Assembly: GCA_964016885.1 (NCBI GenBank)
Contig: OZ024742.1
Coordinates: 59,148,001 to 59,212,000 of the forward strand
DNA: 64,000 nt
DNA from: Eledone cirrhosa
Lineage: Eukaryota
Reading direction: 5' to 3'
The position numbers and the translations under genes were made by a program. Every line of letters begins with the position of its first letter. Within the stretch, counting starts at the first letter, position 1. Under the pieces are notes generated by a model that saw only the letters and a program-made list of their open reading frames with translations, did not search any database and had not been told where the DNA came from. Of the stretch, positions 53,909 through 64,000 are shown one piece after another.

Positions 53909-54150
53909 TATATATCATAAAACATGTCTATAGAATCACCAGATAAAATATATACCATTTCCTCTCCCAATTAGTATAATTAACCATATAAAAAATCGAT
54001 TAGACCAAGCTATAAGAATAAAGGCTTCTATGAAGTAATCTCCGACAAATAACCGAAAGCAGTCCTAATCGATTTTTTATATGGTTAATTATGCTAATTG
54101 GGAGAGGAAATGGTATATATTTTATCTGGTGATTCTATAGACATGTTTTA

Positions 54151-54157
<7 letters not shown>
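53909..54157. repeat. Inverted repeat, ~95-bp arms, in (TA)n
   Basis: 53909-54003 is the reverse complement of 54065-54157. Confidence 0.85.
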
Positions 54158-54200
<43 letters not shown>

Positions 54201-54203
<3 letters not shown>

Positions 54204-54363
54204 TGGTTACACAACAGTTAGTTCACCATACCGAGAACAATTGTTTCACCTTAGCAGAATTGTTCTCGGTATGATGAACTAACTGTTGTGTAACCACTTC
54301 TACATAACTCGTCCCATGGACTGAGTGCTCTACCACTACGGATATTACCTTCCAGTGTTCTAC

Positions 54364-54370
<7 letters not shown>
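54201..54370 (+). mobile_element. Family D fold-back insert with hammerhead 3' half
   Basis: Hairpin 54201-54299; minus strand GAAA caattg TT; homologue at 58771-58875. Confidence 0.55.
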
Positions 54371-54392
<22 letters not shown>

Positions 54393-54394
<2 letters not shown>

Positions 54395-54579
54395 GGAACA
54401 AGTAAGACCCCAACGGCTGAGCTCAAGCCGTTTCGACGGCTAAGTCCAGAATTAGCCGTCGAAACGGCTTGAGCTCAGCCGTAGGGGTCTTACTTGTTCC
54501 TATTACCCACTCTACTACCCTAAGTATTGAGTACTTTGGGGCGTTATGGTCCACTTGGTTCCTTACCACATTTCCTTCG

Positions 54580-54582
<3 letters not shown>
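54393..54582 (+). mobile_element. Family A fold-back insert (best preserved)
   Basis: ~50-bp arms around gtccagaa; GAAAC ggct tgagctc agcc GTA ggggtc. Confidence 0.75.
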
Positions 54583-54646
<64 letters not shown>

Positions 54647-54709
54647 TATATGTATATATATATATATATATGTATGGATATATATATGTATGGATATATA
54701 TATGTATGA

Positions 54710-54771
<62 letters not shown>

Positions 54772-54928
54772 GTTTGTATATGTATGTATATATATATATA
54801 TATATATATATGCATATATATATGTATATATTTAAAGGTTAAACAAGGTTCGATGAATAAATCAAAGAATTAGTTTTACAATAGATTGGAAGCACTCAAC
54901 AGTAATAGAACTTCATTGTGATCAAGTA

Positions 54929-54994
54929 TATTTTATTATACATATTTCAGAGGTACTGAGTTAACTTCAACTGACGTCCTCATCAGATAAAATA
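54929..54994 (-). ncRNA. Type I hammerhead (family C-related)
   Basis: tattttat CTGATGA ggacgtcagttgaagttaactcagtacctct GAAA tatgta TA ataaaata. Confidence 0.85.
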
Positions 54995-55408
54995 AGATGA
55001 TGCATGACATACCCTGACATAGTAGATGGTTAAGATCCAGTCATGGTAGTGAGTAATATATGACAAAACTCAATATTTATATACCTTAATATTGAGACAT
55101 GAAAAAACTTACACATAACACATATAATACAGAGGGTGCGTGTGAGAAAGCTTAAAAATACATAACAATAATTTACATAACTGTTAGAGATTCAAATAAT
55201 TATTGAAGAAAGAGGAAAGAAAAAAGACAGAGAGAAAACATATGAGGGGAAACTATAGATAGTAGAGGTATAGAGAGCAAAGGAAAATTGATCTAGGAAA
55301 GAGAGACAAAGAGGAATAATTATAATTATAGGGAGAGATGTATAGTTATGTATGATATATATCCATACACAACTATACATTTGGGCATAGGTATGCGATA
55401 GAGTAAAC

Positions 55409-55457
<49 letters not shown>

Positions 55458-55486
55458 TATATATATACATATATATATATATATAC

Positions 55487-55547
<61 letters not shown>

Positions 55548-55554
55548 TAAATAC

Positions 55555-55587
<33 letters not shown>

Positions 55588-55591
55588 CATA

Positions 55592-56202
55592 TGGTGGCTG
55601 CCAACTCGTTTTCGAGTACGGCCACTACTTTATATCCATGTAGGAGAACCCCTACCGATGCGCTGAACGAGTGTGAATTTTTAGTCCAGCCAGCGACTTG
55701 AAAACTCTGGTACAAACGCTACACTTGTGACAATTATTGACACATAGTGCTGGGCCCATGGTACCATATGATGACAAGTGCAGAGATATCTCCAGATATA
55801 AAGCAATGCCTGTGCCGTGAAGCTTTTATAGTGAGCAAAGTCACTGCACAAAGCCAGTCCCACTCTCTTAACCAAGATGATATTTACCAAAAAGAAGAAC
55901 AAGTCAACATCATTGGATACCATGAGGGTTGCAGGTGTTATATCAGAGTTTTCCTTCTCCTAGAATTCTGCCTTGACAAAGGTTAAGGGGTCATCTCTCC
56001 CGGTGATTTTGGATGGCTATTGACTCTTAAGAGCTCCTTTGCCTTTTGACAGGTTTTGTTTTTAGTCCTGCAGATGTCCAAAGTCACCCCCCCCCTCACC
56101 AAGAAACCTTGGTGGGGTTGCCAGTTTAGTCGCCAACGACACGACCATGAGACAGGTTGTACTGGGATACATGTTACCAGTAGCACCAACTGGTGACCTG
56201 AC
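55592..56202 (-). mobile_element. Full-length ~610-bp RTE-derived non-autonomous element
   Basis: Reverse complement of 59783-60391. Confidence 0.85.
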
Positions 56203-56253
<51 letters not shown>

Positions 56254-56258
<5 letters not shown>

Positions 56259-56436
56259 GAAATATATGTTCATATAACTGCTCTGTAAATCATCTGATGT
56301 TTTTACATTGAGCTACTTAACTTACTGGTAATAAGGTAGTAATACATTACTGCCTACCACTATTTAGGGTGTATATAAAACATACTTATAACTGCATAAG
56401 GTTTTGTATTTACATAACCATAAATAGTATAACTAA

Positions 56437-56441
<5 letters not shown>
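56254..56441 (+). mobile_element. Minimal insertion of the large-PLE family (tail segment only)
   Basis: Matches 30119-30290 and ends at the same base; preceded by inverted atatgaaatata. Confidence 0.85.
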
Positions 56442-56475
<34 letters not shown>

Positions 56476-56503
56476 TATATATATATATGTATGTATATAT
56501 GTA

Positions 56504-56590
<87 letters not shown>

Positions 56591-56636
56591 GTATATATAA
56601 TATAAGATCAAAAGATGGTTAAAGGAGTTCCATATA

Positions 56637-56703
56637 TTTTATTATGCGCATTTCAAAAACAAACATCATCAAGCAATAATATTTGTGTTTTCATCAGATA
56701 AAA
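56637..56703 (-). ncRNA. Type I hammerhead (family C-related)
   Basis: ttttat CTGATGA aaacacaaatattattgcttgatgatgtttgttttt GAAA tgcgca TA ataaaa. Confidence 0.85.
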
Positions 56704-57188
56704 CAGGAGAACATGATATGAAGGCTAAAAAAAACACTTGTTGATAGTGCAGTTTTAAATCAACATATGCGCGCGCGTGTGTGTATAAAGCGGCGAATAA
56801 CTAGATTCGTTAGAACGTCGTATAGAATGCTTTGCGGTATTGGTTTTCGGCTCTCTGCTCACTGAGTTCAAATCCCACCGAGGCCAACTTTGCCTTTCAT
56901 CCATTCGAGGTAGATAAAAAGTGACAGTCCAGGGGTTTATTCTTTCTCTATTTCTCTTTCTCATTTCCTTTCTCTCTCTCTTTCTCTAGAAGAATTCCGT
57001 TTGTATTCAAAACTGGAGAGGAGATGGGTTTCGACAGGTCTAAAAATACAGGCCCTAAGAAAAGCCGTAGTCATCCCTGACTACCCCAGGAGTTATGAGA
57101 CCATGAAGGAATGTGCTTATATATGTGTACATATATATGCGTGTATATATACATGTATATATACATGTATATAAATATATATATGTAT

Positions 57189-58620
57189 CTTCTTCTTCTT
57201 CTTCTTCTTCTTCTTCTTCTTCTTCTTCTTCTTCTTCTTCTTCTTCTTCTTCGTACGTTTATTCCTGGGAGGGTCGTGGGGGAAGAATTTTCAAACACCC
57301 TTTCAGCGGGTTCTGTCAGAAGTAACCGCTTCCAGCTGATCCAGCTGGATCGCCAAATGAGACCAGCCAAGCTCATGGATGTTATCCAACCATCTTCTTC
57401 GGGGTCTATCCATGGGTCTCAAGCCGGTTGGCTTTGCTCGTAAAATCTGTCCAGTGATTCTTTCCTGAAACATTCTAACCACATGCACATAGTATCGGAG
57501 CTGCGATCTCTCAATTCGGAGAAGTAGCGGCTCTACCTGGAGCGACTCTCTAATCTCCGAGCAACGGACACTATCAAGTAACGTTACTCCAAAGACCCTT
57601 CGGAAGAACCCCATTTCGGCTGCTTGTACTCGCAATCGTATTCTGTCGGTCATTACCCAAGATTCATGACCATATGTAAGGGTTGGCACGAATACCGATT
57701 TGAAGATCTACTGATTACCTAATGCTGAAGCTTGCGCATTTTTGCACCAGCTCCTATAATTCTTGCACTTAAATCAGTCTTCTGCCTTCCATCACTCGTG
57801 AACAGGACACTGAGATAATTGAACTGCTCCACCTGCTTCAGTGAGCCTAAAAATGTTCATTCCGTTTCAAGGTCCTCAGTTTTCTCAGGAAGGTCTCTCA
57901 ATTTGGATGCAATAATATCAGCATACCTGGTTTTGACTTCCTTATGTTCCAACTCTTTCCACTGTATCCTATAGATCGACCTGGACTTGCCAGTTTTGTG
58001 GGCTTCTTTGTCTTTAAGTAGTCACAAGTTACAGGTAACTAGATGGTGAACAGTTGACAGTTCATCCCCTCTTTTAACAGGAACATCCAGCATAGAATCG
58101 AACAGATCAGATATAATAACAAACTCAATTATTGATCTCTGCGCCTAATTCACCTTATACCATGTATGTTTATGGATGTCTTTGTGCTGGAAGAAGGTGT
58201 TCATAATAGAGAGCTCATTATTAAATTGGCAGTATTGGTAGAGGGTCGGACACAATGCTTTGACGCATAGAGTTACGGCCCTTGCCATTCTGAGTTCAAA
58301 CCCCGCCGAGGTTAACTTTGCCTTTTATCCTTACGGGGTCGATAAAATAAAGTAATAGTAATGTACTGGGTAATTGCTGGCCTTGTACCAAAAGTAGAAA
58401 CAATTTTTAGAGCAGAAGGGCCTCTCCATTCGTATTTTATTTGGGATCGTGTTCCTTCCAATCACTTCTTTCCATGTCAGGTAGTCAGTGACAACATGTG
58501 CATTAGAATCTCTCATTAGGATATATGACTCAGGCTTAACTACGTCTAACACTGCAGTGACATTACCAAGGAAGGGTCTGTATTCAGACTCCTTATTTTG
58601 TGCATAGACTTGCTATAGTA
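57189..58620 (-). mobile_element. Degenerate RTE (Expander-like) LINE with (GAA)n tail, interrupted by a SINE at 58225-58404
   Basis: PTLTYGHESWVMT..RVQAAEMGF..VEPLLLRIERSQLR; endonuclease remnants near 58100-58600. Confidence 0.85.
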
Positions 58621-58707
58621 TACGAACACAAACACGTGGACGATTTCAAATTTGGGAATTGAAACCTTGGGTAGCTTTTTTGTTCCGTGTATGAACATAA
58701 ATAAATA

Positions 58708-58771
<64 letters not shown>

Positions 58772-58914
58772 TAGTAGAACACTGGAGGGTTATGTCCGTA
58801 GTAGTAGAGCACTCATTCCATGGGACAAGTTTGATATAAGTAGTTCCACAACAGTGGAACTACTTATAGTTCCATATATATATGTGTGTGTGAGTATATA
58901 TATATATATACATT

Positions 58915-58967
<53 letters not shown>

Positions 58968-58976
58968 TTCTCTGTT

Positions 58977-59010
<34 letters not shown>

Positions 59011-59015
<5 letters not shown>

Positions 59016-59718
59016 TATGAAGAGAGAAGAAACATTTAGATATAATTAGTAATAAAATGTATCATACCTAAACTGCTCCTAGATTCCTCGACTACGTAGT
59101 TTCGTGGCATAAACAAAACCAATACATCATAAAGATATAGAGTCCTTGCGAGGTCTGCCGACTTATCAAGAGGATACCTCATTTTACTAGTCTCAAGAAC
59201 GCGTCTACACGACGTGAGAAAGAATCCCAAAAGGAGGAGGGGGAGATAGTCACGCGATATAACGGTCGAGAAACAGAGCTAAGCCTCTTATAACCCCGAA
59301 GAAAATACCACGGAGGCGGAGGGGGTATTTATATCGAAGCCGTAGAAGAGGTGGTGAAGGGGGCGAGAAGTATGAGTAATGGAAGCTTTCCAGCAGTCCC
59401 CACACTTCAAAGATTGCTCGACCAGAGGGAGTTATTAACAATATATTTAGAAACACACAGGTACATGCGAACACACACATATACATGAATGCATCCGCAC
59501 CCAACCGTGAGTTAAGGGTGCCAACTTCACCGATGTTGCTCAATGAATGACTGGGACAGACCAATCCGGTTGAACCAGACTGAACCAGTATCAGAGTTAA
59601 AAATACATTATGAAGAGAGAAGAAACATTTAGATATAATTAGTAATAAAATGGTTGGGTGCGGATGCATTCATGTATATGTGTGTGTTCGCATGTATCTG
59701 TGTGTTTCTAAATATATT
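59011..59718. mobile_element. Retrozyme-like non-coding element, ~593-nt monomer plus inverted arm
   Basis: ~48-bp direct repeat at 59011/59604; 59652-59718 is the reverse complement of ~59439-59506; hammerhead at 59085-59174. Confidence 0.75.
59085..59174 (-). ncRNA. Type I hammerhead, U3-A8 core, long helix II
   Basis: tcctc TTGATAA gt c ggca [~44 nt] tgcc ac GAAA ctacgtag TC gagga. Confidence 0.75.
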
Positions 59719-59782
59719 ATATATATATATATATATATCCTTCTCTGTTTGTGTATATATATATATATATATACACACATAT

Positions 59783-60391
59783 GTCAGGTCACCAGTTGGT
59801 GCTACTGGTAACATGTATCCCAGTACAACCATTCCCATGGTCGGGTCGTTGGCGACTAAACGGGCAACCCCACCAAGGTTTCTTGGTGAGGGGGGTGACT
59901 TTGGACATCCTGCAGGACTAAAAACAAAACCTGTCAAAGGGCAAAGGAGCTCTTAAGAGTCAATGGCCATCCAAAATCACCGGGAGAGATGACCCCATAG
60001 CCTTTGTCAAGGCAGAATTCTAGGAGAAGGAAAACTCTGATATAACACCTGCAACCCTGATGGTATCCAATGATGTTGACTTGTTATTCTTTTTGGTAAA
60101 TATCATCTTGGTTAAGAGAGTGCGACTGGCTTTGTGCAGTTCCTTTGCTCACTATAAAAGCTTCACGGAACAGGCATTGCTTCATATCTGGAGATCTCTC
60201 TGCACTTGTCATTACATGGTACTATGGGCCCAGCACTATGTGTCAATAATTGTCACAAGTGTAGTGTTTGTACCAGAGTTTTCAAGTCGCTGGCTGGACT
60301 AAAAAGTCACACTCGTTCAGCGCATCGGTAGGGGTTCTCCTACATGGATATAAAGTAGTGGCCGTACTCGAAAACGAGTTGGCAGCCACCA
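59783..60391 (+). mobile_element. Full-length ~610-bp RTE-derived non-autonomous element
   Basis: 5' part matches 17045-17225; 3' part carries a zinc-finger remnant (KSLAGLKSH) and stem-loop ctcg-aaaa-cgag like 16970-17003. Confidence 0.85.
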
Positions 60392-60955
60392 TATATATAT
60401 ATATGTGTGTGTATGTCTGTGCATATATTTATTCTGTGCTATTTTCTAAGTATATTACATTTACAGCCAAATCTTCAACAGCTACCACTCTACTATTCCG
60501 TATCAACACCATCACTCTGATTAACAATAACACCATTTAATGGCGTTCTTTTGTAAACATTTAACAGCAAAGCTTTAATAAAATTAATTGTTCCATCATT
60601 TATCAGTGTCATCACTCTTGTTCTTATCGTTCTCACTGATACCAATGCCACAAATACCCCCCTGCAAAATTTCCATTAACATTTTTTTAAAACAGTATCC
60701 ATAGACTGAACAACAGAGTCAACGAGCCTTTTGACATGGCTCAACGCACACACACAAACACACGCAACACACGCACGCATTCATTCACACACAAACACAC
60801 ACGCGCGCACACACACGCAGGCACACAAACTCCCTCTCTTTTTCTGTCTCTCACTCACACACAAATATATATATATAAAACGTTTACGAGTATACATTTG
60901 CGTATATATACATACACAAAAATGTATGTATGTATATATATAGATTGATTGTTTT

Positions 60956-61006
60956 AGTTTCAGAAGATCCCGTTAAAGGTGAAAGCAGCGATTCTTTGCT
61001 TAAACT
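60956..61006 (+). ncRNA. Type I hammerhead, U4A core (family B)
   Basis: agttt CAGAAGA tcccgttaaaggt GAAA gca gcgattctt tgc TT aaact. Confidence 0.65.
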
Positions 61007-61022
61007 TTAATCTGTTATTTTA

Positions 61023-61053
<31 letters not shown>

Positions 61054-61109
61054 CGTAAATGAGTGTATGTGTGCATATATGTATATATACATCTCTCTAT
61101 CTATCTCTC

Positions 61110-61147
<38 letters not shown>

Positions 61148-61309
61148 GAGAGATAGATAGAGAGATGTATATATATATATATACAGAGAGAGATAGATAG
61201 AGAGATGTATATATATACATATATGCACACATACACTCATTTACGTATATATATATATATATATATTTAATAAAATAACAGATTAAATATATATATACAA
61301 TATATTAAC

Positions 61310-61483
61310 TGTTTCTACGTTAGGCACAAGGCCAGCAATTACCCAGTGCATTACTGGTACTTTATTTTATCCACCCCGTAAGGATGAAAGGCAAAGTCAA
61401 CCTCGGCGGGATTTGAACTCAGATCGTAAAGGGACGTAACTATGCTGGAAAGCATGGTGTCCGACTCTCTACCGATACTGCCA
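61310..61483 (-). mobile_element. tRNA-derived SINE nested in a palindrome arm
   Basis: Close match to 18027-18204; flanked by attaac direct repeats. Confidence 0.85.
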
Positions 61484-61520
61484 ATTAACAAATGGAAACT
61501 ATATTTATAAAACCATATTT

Positions 61521-61582
61521 ATTTCATTATACATATTTCAAGGACACCAAAGCAAATTATAGTGCGCTTCATCAGATAAAAT
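61521..61582 (-). ncRNA. Type I hammerhead (family C-related, left arm)
   Basis: Mirror image of 61738-61799. Confidence 0.8.
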
Positions 61583-61737
61583 ATAATATAGATCAGTTTT
61601 ATAAACAAATATTGACATACCCTTAAAGAATGCGACCATATCGGTTGGAAGCTCCCACTATCCGGGAGCTTCCAACCGATATGGTCGCATTCTTTAAGGG
61701 TATGTCAATATTTGTTTATAAAACTGATCTATATTAT

Positions 61738-61799
61738 ATTTTATCTGATGAAGCGCACTATAATTTGCTTTGGTGTCCTTGAAATATGTATAATGAAAT
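61738..61799 (+). ncRNA. Type I hammerhead (family C-related, right arm)
   Basis: attttat CTGATGA agcgcactataatttgctttggtgtcctt GAAA tatgta TA atgaaat. Confidence 0.8.
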
Positions 61800-61927
61800 A
61801 AATATGGTTTTATAAATGTAGTTTCCATTTGTTAATATATTGTATTTTTACTCCATTAATTTGTTGAGTGCTTTATATCAGTTATAAAAATATTTGCTTG
61901 TATCCCAACAAATTAAATATAACTTCT

Positions 61928-62017
<90 letters not shown>

Positions 62018-62050
62018 ATGTGTGTAACATCATGTTCAATATAGAAATGG

Positions 62051-62097
62051 CTTTTATAGGACTAGAACTGTTTCATTCAAAACAAATCATCAGAAAA
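62051..62097 (-). ncRNA. Type I hammerhead (family F)
   Basis: tttt CTGATGA tttgttttgaat GAAA cagttctagtccta TA aaag; partial inverted copy at 62104-62128; related 3' half with GTC at 30345-30385. Confidence 0.6.
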
Positions 62098-62177
62098 TTT
62101 CTTTTGAATGAAACAGTTCTAGTTCTGTGGTTACCCTGATTGAATCCGACACACACACACACACATATATACGTACG

Positions 62178-62300
<123 letters not shown>

Positions 62301-62511
62301 ACGTACACATGTATAATGTGTGTTAGTGTATTCGTATATCAATAGAGCGTTCAGGTTTCTCTTGCTTTATCTAAATTCTCTTGTTTATTCCAGAAGATAA
62401 CTTAAACACATAACAAATACAGACAATATGTCTGCCCTGACTATTCTTCTTTCTATCATTCTATTGTATCTACATTGTTACATCAGATTTTGGGGTTATT
62501 CGTTTTCATTA

Positions 62512-62950
62512 TTGGCAGAATCGGTAGAGCGTCGGAAAACATGCTTAGTGGCATAGCGTTACCGCCTTTACGTTCTGAGTTCAAATCCCGTCGAGGTTAG
62601 CTTTGCCTTTCATACTTACGGGGTCGATAAAATATGGTACCAGTAATGCGCTGAGGTCGATATAATCGACTTTCTCCTTGTCCGAAATTGTGGCTTGTAC
62701 TTAAATCAGAAACAGTTATTAAATAAATCTTGATGACAATGGATTGGCCGTATCGGTAGAGCGTCGGATAGCATGTTTGTGGCATATAGTTACCTCATTT
62801 TATATTCTGAGTTCAAATCCCGCTGAGGTTAGGTTTGCCTTTCATCCTTACGGGGTCGATAAAATAAAGTACCAGTAACGCACTGGGGTCGCTTTAATCG
62901 GCTCCCACCCCGCCCACAAAATTGTTGGCCTTGTCCCAAAATCTGAAATA
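62512..62950 (+). mobile_element. Two adjacent tRNA-derived SINE copies
   Basis: A/B boxes and shared core at 62512-62718 and 62742-62950. Confidence 0.8.
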
Positions 62951-63094
62951 ATATAAAAGAGAGATGTTTATTGGTTTGTTGGTTGGCTGAATCACACGAA
63001 AATCCCCCCCCCCCCTACACACATATATATATATGTATATATATATACATACACACACATCTAAAGAGAGAGAGTGAGAGAGACTCAGAGGGAG

Positions 63095-63134
<40 letters not shown>

Positions 63135-64000
63135 GTCCCACAAAAGTCTACAATCGGCTTAAACTATAGATCAAAGTATCAGTTGAAGGTTTAACAATAT
63201 TGTGTTAGCTTTTATAAAGTTGTTTTACACCAGTCTTTGATTTTACAGAACAAAAAAAACGATACTATTTGAAACTAATCTATGGTGTATATTAATTTAG
63301 CTTTTTTAGGATAGTGTCATATGTTATTATTGACCTAATTCGGATGATAGAGTGTCAACCTATTCTCTAAGGCTGCTATTTGCATTTATTTCTATTTTTT
63401 TTAAATATTGCTTTGTATTGTTTTTTTTTCACGATATTTTCCAAGAAAATTAATTTCATTATGTCACCAAAACACTGCTCATCTATCGGGGGAGTTGCAA
63501 TGTCCGCTAAACGGTTGAAATCTTCAACCGAAAGAGAAACTCACGAACAATATAAAACTTGGGAATAAAGGGACAAGTCAATATTGTGGCATTCAGCAGA
63601 ATATGAGACGGGAAACAGAAAGATTATGACAACAAGAAAGACGATCCCAACCTTCTGAAAGTGTACAGATCTTGAGAGAGGAAACAGAAATATTAAGGCA
63701 AGAAGAAAGACTATCGCAACAAACAGAGGCTCTATATGAAAATCACCAAGAGGCAATGACAGTTGCGATGCAAACTCGACCAGCACAAACAACTCTTCAA
63801 GGCAGAATAAACTGGCTAAGAGCTGCGTTTTCATATGACCCATTGAAGAATTATAAAAATGATCCTAAAGTCGTGATTGGTAGTATGGATATTACACTTG
63901 GCATGTGTTGCTTAGGAGGAAAGGTAAGACTTCCACTGATAGAGGACCATCCAGCTTTTATCCATATACTACTTACAGACCGTACTAACGAAGCTAAACA

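Noticed and set aside
59783-60000. HDV-like ribozyme in the RTE-derived 5' region
   Set aside because: Known for some RTEs, but I could not build the P1/P1.1/P2/P3 double pseudoknot by eye
63440-63960. Coding-looking stretch at the right end
   Set aside because: Multiple stops and no recognisable motif; possibly an old LINE remnant

Overview
AT-rich eukaryotic DNA saturated with microsatellites and transposons. The SINE/LINE/microsatellite make-up suggests an octopus-like cephalopod, but that is inference. No host gene can be called confidently; there are only a few weak exon candidates on the minus strand. Most ORFs in the track are (TA)n/(CA)n/(TATG)n artefacts. Recognisable elements: a near-intact Penelope-like retroelement (PLE; RT plus C-terminal GIY-YIG, one homopolymer frameshift, pseudo-LTRs, 25141-30290), truncated PLEs, RTE and R4/Dong-like LINE fragments, a ~610-bp RTE-derived non-autonomous family, many tRNA-derived SINEs, mariner and hAT-like fossils, Tigger-like MITEs and a Helitron-like element. 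Main observation: many of the short unique islands embedded in (TA)n tracts carry a type I hammerhead ribozyme motif. I count about 29 complete or slightly decayed motifs by eye, plus about 10 3' halves, from more than 12 sequence families. They include U3-A8 covariant, U4C and U4A cores and family-specific palindromic helix III sequences. Three non-coding families (monomers ~430, ~526 and ~593 nt) and the autonomous PLE (~4.2 kb unit) all occur as greater-than-unit-length copies plus an inverted arm. This fits (TA)n-targeted twin-primed reverse transcription of circular or multimeric ribozyme-processed RNAs, i.e. a PLE plus retrozyme-like parasite system. All folds and coordinates were read by eye; no computation was run.
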